Under the pieces are notes generated by a model, which made no database searches, was not told where the DNA came from, and saw only the letters and a list, made by a program, of their open reading frames with translations. From contig OZ024743.1 of assembly GCA_964016885.1 (NCBI GenBank), forward strand, positions 323,640,001 through 323,704,000: a DNA stretch of 64,000 nt, in the 5' to 3' direction. The position numbers and the translations under genes are program-made. This document shows, piece after piece, positions 40,272 to 54,105 of this stretch (its first letter is position 1; each line of letters opens with the position of its first letter). This DNA comes from Eledone cirrhosa. Its lineage: Eukaryota.

Positions 40272-40373
40272 CCCTCATGTTTGGACTAAAATTTCTACAG
40301 TGATCACCGCCGCCCCGTGAAAAGTGGCCACACTCATATATGTATCTGTGACTATGTCTAAATATATGTCTAA

Positions 40374-40406
<33 letters not shown>

Positions 40407-40497
40407 GAAGTTCTATTTAAATTGTTGGGATACAACAAGCAAATATTTTTATAACTGATATAAAGCACTCAACAAATTATTGGAGTAAAAATACGAT

Positions 40498-40763
40498 ATA
40501 TTAACAAATGGAAACTATATTTATAAAACCATATTTATTTCATTATACATATTTCAAGGACACCAAGTTAAATTATGGTGTGCTTTCATCAGATAAAATA
40601 TAATATAGATCAGTTTTATAAATAAATATTGACATACCCTTAAAGAATGCGACCATTTCTGTTGGAAGCTCCCGGAAAGCACACCATAGTTTAACTTGGT
40701 GTCCTTGAAATATGTATAATGAAATAAATATGGTTTTATAAATATAGTTTCCATTTGTTAATA
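40498..40763. repeat. fold-back element with ~90-bp inverted arms
   Basis: 40498-40587 vs 40675-40763 are near-perfect; related single-arm copy at 20768-20910. Confidence 0.9.
40536..40600 (-). ncRNA. type I hammerhead ribozyme (paralog of 20803-20863)
   Basis: UAUUUUAU-CUGAUGA-AAG C ACACCA(10 nt)UGGUGU C CUU-GAAA-UAUGUA-UA|AUGAAAUA. Confidence 0.75.
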
Positions 40764-41072
40764 TATATATATATATATATGAGAGAGATCGAAATTACTG
40801 GATATCGATCTAAACCCTTATTATTATTATGTAAATATATGTATATATGGACGTATGTGCAAGAGAGTCTATTTATATGCTGTACATTAGCGGTTCGACA
40901 AGAAGAGGACGATAAAATGAGTACAAGGCTTGAAAAAATAAATACCTTTGAAGACGTTACACCAGCTTCAGAGCGAAATCGAAATCTAAAGACGGAAACC
41001 TGTAAAATAAAAGACTAAGGCAATCTCGATTTCAGAGACGCTATAGTCATAGTAAATAATAACACGCACGCA

Positions 41073-41104
<32 letters not shown>

Positions 41105-41477
41105 CACATATCGGAGAAGATGTGGTAAGATACCAGGTGGACCATAACGCACCAGAGTACTCGATACTTGGGTGGTAGAGTAGCTAATATGAAAAAATTC
41201 AGGACCCCGACGGCTGAGCTGATGCCGTCTCGACAGCTAGCAGTCGAAACGGCTGGAGCTCAGCCGTCGGGGTCCTGAATATTTTCATATATATATACCT
41301 CGTTTTTGTATTTGTTTTGCAAGATTTCTTATCTGAAAACGTGTGTTGAACCATATTGTTATACTTCGGGAGAGTCATACTAACAATAAAAACACACGCA
41401 TTTGTTGGTTTTAACTTCAATTTATTATTATTATTTCCCAGTCAGTTAGTTTCGTAACTGGATGGTTGTTTAGTTTT

Positions 41478-41520
41478 CCTGGAGAACTTTCTCGCATTCG
41501 TCGGTGGCGATTGTCAACCT
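41478..41520 (-). ncRNA. degenerate U3-A8 hammerhead
   Basis: UUGACAA-UCGC(11 nt)GCGA-GAAA-G(UU)C-UC; stem I poor. Confidence 0.4.
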
Positions 41521-41536
41521 GAGATCAGGTTGTGTT

Positions 41537-41840
41537 GTGATGTGTGACTCTATATGTGATGTGTGACTCTATATGTGATGTGTGACTCTATATGTGATGT
41601 GTGACTCTATATGTGATGTGTGACTCTATATGTGATGTGTGACTCTATATGTGATGTGTGACTCTATATGTGATGTGTGACTCTATATATGATGTGTGAC
41701 TCTATATGTGATGTGTGACTCTATATGTGATGTGTGACTCTATATGTGATGTGTGACTCTATATGTGATGTGTGACTCTATATATGATGTGTGACTCTAT
41801 ATGTGATGTGTGACTCTATATGTGATGTGTGACTCTATAT
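41537..41840. repeat. minisatellite, 19-bp unit GTGATGTGTGACTCTATAT, ~16 copies
   Basis: Near-perfect tandem copies read directly. Confidence 0.95.
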
Positions 41841-42562
41841 GATACACTTTGCAGTTTTCTTATTAAACCCCTCAACATTAGTAATGCGGCAAGATGTGTA
41901 AATATGAAAATACACTATTGACAGGTGCTATGTGTCCGAATACGGAAGAACCGAACTCCCACTGTCATCGCCCCCATCTCTCTCACCCTCTCCATCTTTC
42001 TGTATTATGAGCAAATGGGGTCCCATGTGTTGGCCGCCCCACAGCCCCGGCGTACAGAATGGAGAAGGTGTTTCCCAGGAGGATGGTAAGGGAGATGCGT
42101 TGGAAGAGCCATTCCATCTCGCGAGGCTCACACCTGCGGCTGGACAGTTCAGCATCTATGGTGGTGAGAAGGGAGGTAGCCTTAGAGCCAAGAACACCAG
42201 AAGTCTCCGCTACCAGGGGCACGACCGCAAACCTATCGGAGAGCGACCGGTACTTGCAGAGTTTGTCCTCCTCAGCCCGAAGTGCAGCAGAACCAGGTTG
42301 CGGCTGGAGAAAGTGTCGTTGCAAGTGGCATCCCAGACGAGGGGTTTGTCACCGCGGAACGGGAAGATGGTCATACCGTCTGGCCATTTGCCGTGTCCTT
42401 GGTCCAGCCCCACCAGCTCGAGCTAGGAGGGGGAAGCCTGCAGCATCCAAACAATGCTTTATGACCTCGTTGAGGGCAGCATGGTGTGGAAGGCGGCCGG
42501 CACTGCAGCGACAGGAAAGCGTGTGGAGGCCGAAAGTGTTCACGGTGGATCCTCAGCGACAT
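41538..42562 (-). mobile_element. 5'-truncated CRE-clade-like LINE (RLE domain + 3' UTR) ending in a 19-bp tandem array
   Basis: GLHTLSC..HAALNEVIK, PDGMTIFPF..PLVWDATC, VPLVAETSGVLG, WLFQRISLTILLGN across frameshifts; possible TSD TTGTGTTG at 41530-41537 and 42563-42570. Confidence 0.75.
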
Positions 42563-42802
42563 TTGTGTTGATCAATGTCAATCAATGACAATCAACAACT
42601 AAACAACCATCTAGTTACTAAACTAACCAACTTGGAGTTTATAATAAATTGAAGTGAAAATTAACAGGTGCGTGTGTTTTATTGGTAATATTGTCCTCCC
42701 AAAGTATAACGATATAAATACACATACATACATGTGTATGTATTAAACAATGAAAATAAAACAAAAGTCGAAGACTTTGTTTTATTTTCATTGTTCAACA
42801 CA

Positions 42803-42849
<47 letters not shown>

Positions 42850-43505
42850 GACTCTGTTGCTCGATTAGAATCTTTGATGGAAACTTATGCGATGAATGCT
42901 TGCTACAAAAACTCTAGCTCTCACTGCTTGATCTCGTTGAAATCATATCTTCAAGATTGTACCCCTCTCTCCCGATGAATGACCGTTGCGGTTTCATGGC
43001 TTCAACGTCATTAATCATATGGTTTTGCTTGACTGGGGGTGATGATGATGATGATGATAATAATAATAATAATAATAATCAACACGAGCTGCCAGTATCT
43101 TTCTTAAAGGTTTATTACAATCTTCACCCTCACGAAATAGATAGTTCACAAAAAATATTTCGTTTTGTAGATTTGATTTCAGCCAGTCAGTTGAGTCCAG
43201 TTTTGTTCATGACTAGAATAAAAGCTGCTAGTGTATTGCCGACAGAAAGCTAACTGGCATGACGGTCAACTGCGTCCAAACACTTTTAGCATAATAAAAA
43301 TGAAAGCTATTTGCTGTTTTTACACTTTCTCTCCTTTATTTTGTTAATTTAGCTATCGTTTTTCTTTATCATATCTTTTTGAAATTTTAGCTTCCCATCG
43401 CTGTTTCTTGACGTAGAATGATTGGGAGTCATTCAATTGTAGTCTAAGAATGGACAAAAGAATGTACACTTTAAAACTAAGTGATGCGGGATAAACTACT
43501 ACTAC

Positions 43506-43555
<50 letters not shown>

Positions 43556-44654
43556 AGTTTCATGGGTTGTGTGGTTCCTCTATGTCTATAAGGTGCTTTT
43601 AATGGAAATCCTTAAACGAGTCGCAGATCGTTAGATGAAGAATGAAAAGATGTCTCTCTTTCTATTTCTGTATACACACACACATATATATAAATATATT
43701 AATAAGTTGACGGAACTAGCATGGGTTTCACTGCTAGGACCGGTTGCATCTCATAGTACTCAATAGGTAATGTTAAATAAACTCCCATAGTAGACACATA
43801 GTTATACGCTTCAATACAACACACGTAAATGGGTACATTGAATCCATAATTAATTAGAACAGTGACATGTAGAGGTACTTAAGTTTCGTTGGGTTATTTA
43901 CTCATTCAGACAGGCGGAATATATACACACCCCTTGCTGTTGTGTGTGTGTGTGTGACTACATGTAAGTAAAACTTCAGTTTGCATGTTTCGAGAGAGTT
44001 TAAACATTAAAATAAGTAAGTTTCTCAAGATTTCTATAGCTGGTCTTTTAGTTGACTACCCACAGGAGTGAAGCTCGCTATCCTCCGGGATAACTCTTTC
44101 TTTATTCTGTCCGCTACGACCATGAGGCGGTTTGTGCCTGGGTTTTTACACACCAGAGTATGTACTCCCTCAGTGCCCTGGCATGTATCACGGGGGAAGG
44201 TTGCTGATATTTATGCTTCCACCCACATCTAACTACAAAAGCAAACTATTGCTTGCAAACAACTAGTTTATATCAGATGAATCTGATTGTGTGATACAAA
44301 TCTAAAAGCCAGATCATCTGAGTTTTTAGTGTCATATTTACATGTATTTTATTTTTAATGGCTTAATACATTAGGAAAGGCGGCGCCTATGATCCATTTC
44401 AGAGTTATTGTTTAGCCCTAGGTTTGCCCTGACCGAGAAGATTTATTAAAAGCATTCCATCCGTAACAATTGCTGGTTCTCATTTTCAGCAGAGTGTACT
44501 GAAGCAACGTGAAATGAAGTGTTTTGCTTAGGAACAAAACACAGTCCACGAATTAACCCACGACATTATGATCGTAAGACCAACACCCTTGCAACTAGGC
44601 CATGCACCTCCTCTTCACTCTACTCTACTACTTAATATCAATAATTCTTTCATT

Positions 44655-44836
44655 GATTGGCAGTATCGGTAGAGGGTCGGACGCCATGCTTTGACGCATA
44701 GAGTTACGGTCCTTGCCATTCTGAGTTCAAATCCCGCCGAGGTTAACTTTGCCTTTCATCCTTATGGGGTCGATAGAATAAAGTACCAGTAATGCACTGG
44801 GTAATTGCTGGCCTTGTGCCAAAAGTAGAAACAATT
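44655..44836 (+). mobile_element. SINE
   Basis: Full-length family consensus. Confidence 0.9.
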
Positions 44837-45258
44837 ATTATTTGCGGCCATAGCCCATACTACATGTATTATTTCTCCAAGTTTTAAAGTTAGAGAACGT
44901 ATGGAACGAGAGCATGAATTCAGCTCGAATTTAAGGTGCTCACCATTTGGCATTTAAAAAATGTTATTTCTTTTCTTTTGTCGTTTTCTTCTCTTAAATT
45001 TAAGTGCTAGAGAATTTAGAAAGTAATGGCAACCTTCAAGTTTACGACGTTATATTTAGTTGGAAGAACCTAACTTACTTTAATGATTTAGGTTGAAAAC
45101 TTGCTAGTTACGTTTATACTTGTTAAAACTGTTTAGATTAATTTTATTACTCAGTATGGACTTGCTATCCAGCAAGTATTGCATTTACTTTTTTCTTGTC
45201 TGCTAACAAATCTTTAAGAAATTATTGCCGGATAAAGTCTAGTTTCATAAAACTTAGA

Positions 45259-45307
<49 letters not shown>

Positions 45308-47266
45308 TATACTCTAAGTTTGTATTTACACACATATATGTGTGTGTATATGTAATTTTTATGAAAAGGAGAAGACATTGCAACGTGCTACATAAATACT
45401 ATTTTTAAAAGTTAGTTTATTTTTTTAATATTGCCGTTGAATTAATTTGTCTTTTGTAATGCTTTATTTTTAACAACTAAATCGTTGTAGTTTATCAGAT
45501 ATTATGTTTTACACACTCCATAGACATTGTAATTTAATTATTATGTATAATTAATCTACTATACAGGGGGAAGTTTTCTGACACCAACTTGTGCAAGCTA
45601 GCTCGGTCAGAAAAGAAAATTGATAGTGGCAAATTAATAAAATTAAAATGATTATATTTTAATGAGTAGATGATATACTATAGCTGATGACAAACAATGA
45701 AAAGTTTGCCTCGAATTAAACTAAACTATGATGTCGTTATTAAGTACGGGGTCGATAAAATAAAGTACCAGTAATGTATTGGGGTCAATTTAATCGACTT
45801 TCCCCTCCCCTTCAAATTACTGGCCTTGTGCGTATACTAGAAATCGTTATTAAGTACAAAACACGTTTTCTTGTTTCATCTAAGAAAATCTTTATTATTT
45901 GAGAAAAGGAAAAAAACGCTGCACAAACCAGTTGTTTGTTGTTATTAATCTACTACGCTTCCACATCCACGTGTGCACACTTGTTTGGTTACACAGTACT
46001 TTGTTTTCCCTTTACGGCTTGGCTTCCACTTATACGCTGGTTATTCTGAATGGGAGGAGACACAACAAGTTGTAGGCAATAAATATATAGAGCTATTATT
46101 GCTAGTGGAAAAAAATAATTAATCTAACGCAAAGAAAATTTCACAAGTCTGTTGAAGAAGTCAACAATTTCAAACCAGTATTTCTTTAAAAAAAAGACGA
46201 GGAAAGAAAATTTACACAATACGGGTGGGACAAGAAAAATAATAACGAAAGTAAGTGCTTGCTTAAGAATTGTATTTTAATTTTGAAACATTTACTAAAT
46301 GTTGTTTTCTATTTCTTAATTTATGCTTTGCTAGTTATGTAACTGATAAGAATATGTTACCGGTCTGTTCTTTTAAGGTAAACTACCACAAATCGGCCAT
46401 GATGCACATTACAAGTGACTTTTCTTTTTCTTTTTCTTTTTTGTTGTTGTTTTCTACTTCACAAATTTCCTTTGCAACAATTTTACCCTCTAATCGTTAT
46501 CTTCCGTTAATCTACATACAATACTCCATTATCCCAGTTTTGTTTGTTTGTTTCTCAGTTATTAAATATTTTACAACATGCCAGTGCTTCAAAATGAATG
46601 GAGTTTTTATTGAATGTTTTTTCAAGCTTAATTAAATATAACTTCGAGTTGTTCCATAAACTGAGATGCTATATTACGTCATGTTAAAACTAGTAGCTCG
46701 CTTTTCAATTCTGTAAACAATAATAATTGTTTCTACTTTAGGCACAAGGCCACCAATTGGAAGGAAAGGGGAAATTCGATTAAATCGACCCCAGTGCGTT
46801 ACAGGTGCTTTATTTTATTGACCCTGTAGGGATGAAAAGCAAAGATAACTATGACGGGGTTTGAACTCAGAACAAAAAAGGCCGATTACTGAATAATAAT
46901 AATAAAAAAGATGATAATAATTACGATGAGTGCGGCAATTATTAAACTTCAGTTAGGCTCTTAGTTAAATACCTTGATTCTATACACAATACAGACACGT
47001 CTAGAGAGATATTGATTAACCGTTGACAATCATGTACCATTAAAGTGACGAATTGATACAGGTGTTTGAAGGTCGGATAAAATGCTTTGCGGTATTTGTT
47101 CTGGCTCTCTGCTCGCCGAGATCAAATCCCGCCGAGGTCAACTTTGCCTTTCAGCCTTTCGAGGTCGATAAAAAAACTGTATGAATCTAGTACTGTGATC
47201 GATTCTTCCTCTATATCTCTTTATCTCTATCACTTTCTATCCTTCTCGGGAAGAAATCTGCTGTGT

Positions 47267-47552
47267 GTATCTCGTTTATAATAAATACGACAGTAGAGCG
47301 GGAAATAAATAATTTTCTATATAGATGATAAACATAACCTCAAGGATATGGTCAGAACGTGGAAGAGCCGAACTCCCACTGTCATCAACTCCATCTCTCT
47401 CGCCCTCCCCATCTCTCTCACTCTCCCCATCTCTCTGTATGGTGAGCAAATGGGGTCTCACGTGCTGGCCTCTCCACAGCCTCGGCGGACAGAATAGAGA
47501 AGGCGTTTCCCCGGAGGATGGTGAGGGAGATGCGCTGGAAGAGCCATTCCAA
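47267..47552 (-). mobile_element. CRE-like LINE 3' end inserted in another repeat, with a 9-bp TSD
   Basis: Similar to 41930-42115; CTGCTGTGT at 47258-47266 and 47553-47561. Confidence 0.75.
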
Positions 47553-47991
47553 CTGCTGTGTTCAGAGCTGGAGAGGGATGGCTTAAAATACCCCAGAAAC
47601 GCTGTATGTGAATATAGCGCCTTTGCGACTCCACCAGGAGTTGCGGGACCATGCATGCATGCAATCACGTACCTGATGACATTGTAATTTTCCACAATCT
47701 CATCGCAATTGACAACAATCGAAAGTCGTAATGAAAAAACACACTTGAGTCAAATCTATAATTCAGCTTCAATACTACAGAGTTGACCAATACTTTGGGA
47801 ATGGAATTTGGTAGGCGGAAACTCACATTGTTTATACTTACTCCGGCTAAGACTTTCTTCCTTTCTAGATATCTTTAAAAGGACGAGTAGGTAGTGGCTT
47901 GTTTTAATACGGCAATGACTTAAGTAACCTTTCAATTTAATCAAAACTAAGATATAAATTGCTGCTGCTACTACTACTACTACCACCAATA

Positions 47992-48208
47992 ATAATGGTT
48001 TCTTATATAGGCACAAGGCCAGCAATTCCGGGGGAGTGGAAAGTCGATTAAATCGACCCCAGTGCATTGCTGGTGCTTTATTTTATCAACCCCGTAAGGA
48101 TAAAAGGCGAAGCTAACCTCGGCGGGATTTGAACTCGGATCATAAAGGGGCATAACTCTATGCTGCAAAGCATGCATCCGACGTTCTACCGATACTCCCA
48201 ATCCATTA
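47992..48208 (-). mobile_element. SINE (long-tail variant)
   Basis: Family consensus; similar - copies at 32505-32685, 33330-33470 and 46724-46890. Confidence 0.85.
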
Positions 48209-49243
48209 CCACCAATAATAATAATAACAATAATTGTTTATTTGCCACTAGGGCCTTTCCTTTACACACGCTTACAAAGATTTAAAAAATAAGTAGAGAT
48301 AAACAAGTTATATAAAACTGAGGAGAGGTACGAAGACGTTATACAAATATTTGTTTCTAATTCAGGCACATGCGTAGCGGGGAAAGTCGATTAAATTGTA
48401 CTCAACTGGTACTTTATTTTAACGTATCCAGAAGGTTAGACGGCAAAGTTAACCTGGTAGAATTTAATCATAGAAAGTAAAGAGCCAAAACAAATGCCAC
48501 AAGGCATAATATCCGACGTTCTAACGATTGTTCCAATTCAACTTTTTAGATCCAAACTAACATTGACTAAGTAGACTTAAGGTCAAAACATTTCCATATA
48601 CACCCACCCAGACGTTTGCTTTTCTGACATAATGTATAGGGCAATATGTCTTTATTTTCTTTTTAGATTGTAGGCTATGATTTGAGTGAAGTTTGGCTCA
48701 TAGTAATGATTTTTGATTTAGGGACAAAGCCGGTAATTTAAGGAAGGAGAAAGTCAATTATATTGACCCTGGTACTTGTACTTTATTTTATCGATCCTGT
48801 AATGATGAAAGGCAATACAAGCTTCTGAGCGTAATGAGCTGGAACATAAACTGCTCAACATTTGTACGACGCTCTATCAAATCCGTCGATCTCCCGCCAT
48901 AGTTTGGCTAATAATAATAATAATTTCTTTATTGGCCACGAGGGTCGAAATATATGGGCAATACAAAAGACAGGGACAGTGGATTTTTTAAAAATATAAA
49001 TACGTGTAAACAATATAAATAACAATAACAAAATAACAATAAAATACAATGAAAATCCCCTAACAGGGGGGATAACCACCCAGGGTCGACTCATGTACCC
49101 CACAAATCACCCGAATAATAATAATAATAATGTCTTTTTTGTTAGAGCCAACTCTAATGTTACTGCATCTCACTATTGTCAGAATGGAACTAAAGTTTCC
49201 TTTCTTTTGTGTGATCTCGAACACCAGATATCAATTATTATTG

Positions 49244-50372
49244 TGGCGGTGGATTGGCAGTATCGGTAGAGGGTCGGACGCCATGCTTTGCAGCAAAGAG
49301 TTACGGCCCTTTATGGTCCGAGTTTAAATCCTGCCGAGGTTAACTTTGCCTTTCATCCTTATGGGGTCGATAAAATAAAGTACCAGTAATGCACTGGGTA
49401 ATTGCTGGCCTTGTGCTAAAAGTAGAAACAATTATTGTGGCGAGAAGGTGTTAGCTTGACAGAATCATTAGAGCATCGGACAAAATGCTTTGCAGCATTT
49501 AGCTATGGTCCTTTATCTTCTGAATTCAAATCCCGCAGAGGTGAACTTTGTCTTTCAACCTTTCAGAAATCAATAAAATAAAGTACCAGTCAAATACTGG
49601 AGTCAATTAAATCGATTTCTCCTCTCGTGACTACTTACCATATTTGGCCAACAACCTAAAACATTTGTTCGCTCTACTGCAAACCCTACCGCAGTAAATA
49701 CTTCAAGTCCTGCAATCTGGTGCAGGAAATAAATACATACATATACACTATTATTGCATAAGAAAAGCCTAGATGTCATAGTCGAAAAGCATATTGATCA
49801 AATTTCTGTCAATGAAAGGGATGCAATGCGAAACATCAACATCGGCGGGAATTTGAATTCGGATCGTAACAAATTGGTACTGGGCATTTTGTCTGGCGCC
49901 TCATTGTATTTCCTACAATAATAATGGTTTCTTATATAGGCACAAGGCCATCAATTTTGGGGGAGGAGAAAGTCGATTAAATCGACTCCAGTGCGTGACT
50001 GGTACTTTATTTTATCGACCCCGTAAGGATGAAAGGCAAAGTTAACCTCGGTTGGATTTAAAATCAGGACATAAAGAACCGTAACTATATGCCACAAAGT
50101 ATGTTGCCCGACGCTCTACCGATACTGCCAATTCACCACACCCTTCTATAATAATGTTCTACTTTAGGAACAAGGCCAGCAATTTTTTTTTGGGGGGGGG
50201 GGGGTCGATTAAATCGACCCCAGTGCATTACTGGTGCTTTATTTTATCGACCCCGTAAGGATGAAAGGCAAAATTAACCTCGGTGGGATTTGAACTCAGA
50301 TCATAAAGGGCCGTAACTCTATGCGTCAAAGCATGGCGTCCGACCCTCTACCGATACTGCCAATCCACCGCC
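49244..50372. mobile_element. SINE cluster: + copies 49244-49433 and 49455-49625; - copies 49922-50138 and 50155-50372
   Basis: Family consensus. Confidence 0.85.
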
Positions 50373-51077
50373 TTATAATAATAATAATAAAAATAATCCA
50401 CCCTTCTATAATAATAATAATGGTTCTAATGATAGTCTTTGTATATATTTAGTTCTTGTATATATTTAGTTCTTCAGTTTGTTTCAGTCATTTCCGTTAA
50501 GGTCATCCTGGAGCATCACCTTGTGTATGTTAACAGTAGAGCATTTGTTAACTGTTGAAATTGCTTCCAAGTGAATCTACATGTTGTTTCATGCTGGAAT
50601 AATTTTCAACAATAGTATATAGTATAGAAGTGTACTGTAGTGTTCATTGTTAAAACTAATTCTACTTATAAGCTTAAATTGTTACGAGCTAATGAGTAGA
50701 CCTCTGTGGATGCTTGATGTGCTAGATATAGCAACCAAATCTTCCTCAAATTAGTCCCCACTGTTTTATAAATGAACACATTAAATAATGGTGTCCTATA
50801 CACACTATATAAAGACAAGATGGTCATGTCTCATGGCTGGAATGTCTTTCATCATAAGTCTGCATGGTCACGGCTGGCTTGGGGTTAAACAACAATTACA
50901 CTGTTACATTGCTGGTGTTCTATTTCCATCTCTCCCTCTCTTCCTCTCTTTCTTCCCCACCCCCTCTCTCTCTTCACTAAGCCCCCCTCTTGATGGAGTC
51001 GTGACGAGGGGAGGCTATATAGTTTATTGATGCTCGAGCTCTTTTTTAAAACCTAATTGCTGACAGTGTGACAGATT

Positions 51078-51402
51078 TAGCCGGCTGCAGAAGCTGAACC
51101 TCTTCTCATTGGAGCGTCGACGGCTAAGAGGCGATCTCATTTTGGCTTACAATCTCTTCAATGGCTATTACGATCTCCCTCAAGATCTCATATTCACTCC
51201 GGCAGTTGAAAGGCGTCTACGTGGACATGACAAAAAGCTGTTTCACCGCCGCTTTCGCCTAAATAGACGGAAAGCTGCTTTCTCGATCCGCATCTCTGGA
51301 ACCTGGAATCGGCTTCCAGAAGTAGTCAATGCGTCAACCACGCCGCAACAATTCAAGGCGAAATTGGACCGGTGTTGGACCACTGTGTTTCGGACTGTGT
51401 AA
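51078..51402 (+). mobile_element. CR1-like LINE 3' fragment
   Basis: RLQKLNLFSLERRRLRGDLI...RLRGHDKKL...FSIRISGTWNRLP. Confidence 0.85.
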
Positions 51403-53157
51403 ATGTTGCACCCCCCCCCCCCCACACACACACACCTTACATGGCATTTGAAGCATCTATGTTTTAATTTCTGCCAAATATATTGAATTGAATTAATGCT
51501 GAAGGTTCTGATGTAAAGATTTATGCAAATCTGGTACAACTTACATTTTAGAAAACTTAAAAATAATTTCTAAAGCAACCAGTCACATATTTATATTTAT
51601 ACTGTTGTCAACAAAGTAACATTTATGTGGTTGATAATTTGCCAATAGCAGCTAAATCTCCGTCATATCACATTCTAATGTCTAAAAAAGAAATATATAT
51701 TGGATAATTTAGTCCTAGATATATTATGTTAAAAAACAAAACAAAACCCAATGATAGTAACAGCTGAAAAGACTTTCATCATAGGTCTATTCAATCTGGA
51801 GCTGACTTGGTTCTAAACAACCATAACCGGATTAGAGATGTGGCTTTATTACGATTATGTCTTTTTCAAGTAAATGCATGACATACAAAATAAATTACCT
51901 TCAGCCAAACACTGAAATCTGTTTATAAACTCGTCGAAGGTTCTTCTCTAACTGCAAAATGACAGTTTAGTTGAAATGTCTCTGTATATTAAGTAGAGAG
52001 AACCACAGATGGCTGAGTTATCTACGTTTGCATCCTGTCACCATCGACAGTGTTTGCTAGGTCTGTCCACATCTGTTTACAAACTTGCCGGAAGTTCTTC
52101 ACTAGATGCAGGATGACAGTTTGGCACCAGTGACGTCGCAACTCCTTTCTCCAGTCGTGTGAACTGGAGCAATGTCAAATAAGTATATTGTTCAATAACG
52201 CAACGCAAAGCATCGTCCGGTCCGCGAATCAAACTCACAACCTCATGGTTGTGAATCCAACACTGTAACCACTAAGACACGAACCTTCACAGAGTCAAAC
52301 TGATGATGTGGTATTCAGATGTTGCATATCTGAGTATCACCTTTTACTAAAAAATTATATAACTGATTGTGTGAATCAACAAAGAGTGGCCAGGAGAGAG
52401 GGAATACCCAGGGGTGTTTGGGGCATGAAAACCCAATAGCAAAGTGAATACGAGTGTACTTGATATATATGTATGTACCGTAGCCCTGGTGGAGTCGTGG
52501 GAGCACCGTAGAGGCACACAGCGTTTCTTGAGCATTTTTAAAAAGCTGTCGGAGCACATCACCTCTCCATGCCTGAACACAGCAGATTTCTTCCAAAGAA
52601 GGGGTGAGGGTGATAGAGAAGAAGCGAGAAGAGAAAGAGATATAAAGGAATAATTGCCCCTAGTACTAGAGTGGTACTTTTTTATCGACATCAAAAGGAT
52701 GAAAGTCGAAATTTGAATTCAAAGAGTAGAGAGCCGAAACGAATACCGCAAAGCATTCTGTACTTAATATAGAAGGTTTAAATTAAATTAAAATTCCACG
52801 AAAACGTGCGGCAAGCGTTTAAATGTTATCCATGCGTAAAATCCATACAGCTCTCCCGGCCTCATCTGGTTGAATGCTCGTGTGTTATTCTCACAGATAA
52901 TCTACTTGTTTGAGTAAACGACATTTCTGACCAGAGGTGAAATAATCTATATTACTTTTTACACCGTGAGAATATAAAGAAAATGCTACGGTCAATGATT
53001 TTTATGAGGAGGATCTATTCTTTAACATAGTCTTTCAATGCGCCATAGCAACGCAAAATTCATTTGTTGTCAAGCTTGCATACCGTTTCCTTCAGTGCTG
53101 GAATTATTTGCTTTATAAACATTTCAGTCGTAAGAATGTAATTATTTTGTGTACAGA

Positions 53158-53352
53158 CAGGATCAGATTCAGACCTTGGGGAGCCTGGGGCAGTTCAGAT
53201 TTGGTGGGTCCCTCATATAACAGCGCGCGCGCGCACACACACACACAAGCAGGAAAAGAGAAAGAAGGGGCCCTGTTCGGAGAGGGGGACTCTATTTGAT
53301 GATGGGGGCCCAGGGTATTCACCCCCACCGCCTTCCTATAATTCCGGCCCTG
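53158..53352. mobile_element. hAT-like MITE
   Basis: CAGGATCAGATT...ATTCCGGCCCTG ends, GGGCCC motifs, 8-bp TSD tgtacaga/tgtacagg. Confidence 0.55.
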
Positions 53353-53890
53353 TGTACAGGTAATTACGAATACATTTGTTTTGTATTTTTTTTTGTTTGT
53401 TTTCGTTCTGAAAGTAATGGAAAACCAACTGTGTTTGTGTTTAGTACCATATCAGGAGTAAAATATATCATATGTTACACTAGGAAAATAGATAAACTAT
53501 CAACCGATTTTGTGTGCTGACGTCTACTTTTTTTTATTATATTTCTACCAATATCCTTAGCAAATTTTAGGAAATAATATCACGCAAGCAGTTATTTAAA
53601 TTAAGAATTGTTTTATTTTGTCCTTTAAACTAAGCATTCGCATCAACCAGTAAATCCTTGTAGTCCCATTTTTGTGTGAATTAAGGTTAATTCGTGTTGT
53701 GTATTATTTGAAATATATTAACGATCGTGTTAACATCATACTCACATAAACTTCTTTGATTTTATTCTCAATCCGTTTAATGTCGATGCATATCACCTCT
53801 AGCTTCCCATTTCTTGTAAGTTATATTTATTATTAGGCCGACAATATGGCTTTTGCGTCGTTTAACGAGGAGGCCTTGATTTGCTAGATA

Positions 53891-54105
53891 CGAGGGGATG
53901 CTAAAAGTTCCTGGCTTTGAGTAAAAGAAAATACAGGAGGATCAGTTAATTATGATTTTATTAAACATTCCCCTTTCAGATTCACACACTTATTACAACG
54001 GTCCTTCAGTTTTTTTTAAGTCCTGTAAAAAGAACTCGGTAGGTTGGGTCTCCAAGCAGGCCCCTGTAGCGGTGATCAAGCCAGGAACCTTTCTGCACTA
54101 CCCCG
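53891..54105. mobile_element. mariner-like MITE
   Basis: TA|CGAGGGGATGCTAAAAGTTCCTGGC ... GCCAGGAACCTTTCTGCACTACCCCG|TA. Confidence 0.75.

Noticed and set aside
41537-41840. Tandem array that might be read as CRISPR
   Set aside because: No spacers, eukaryotic context, no cas genes; a plain minisatellite.
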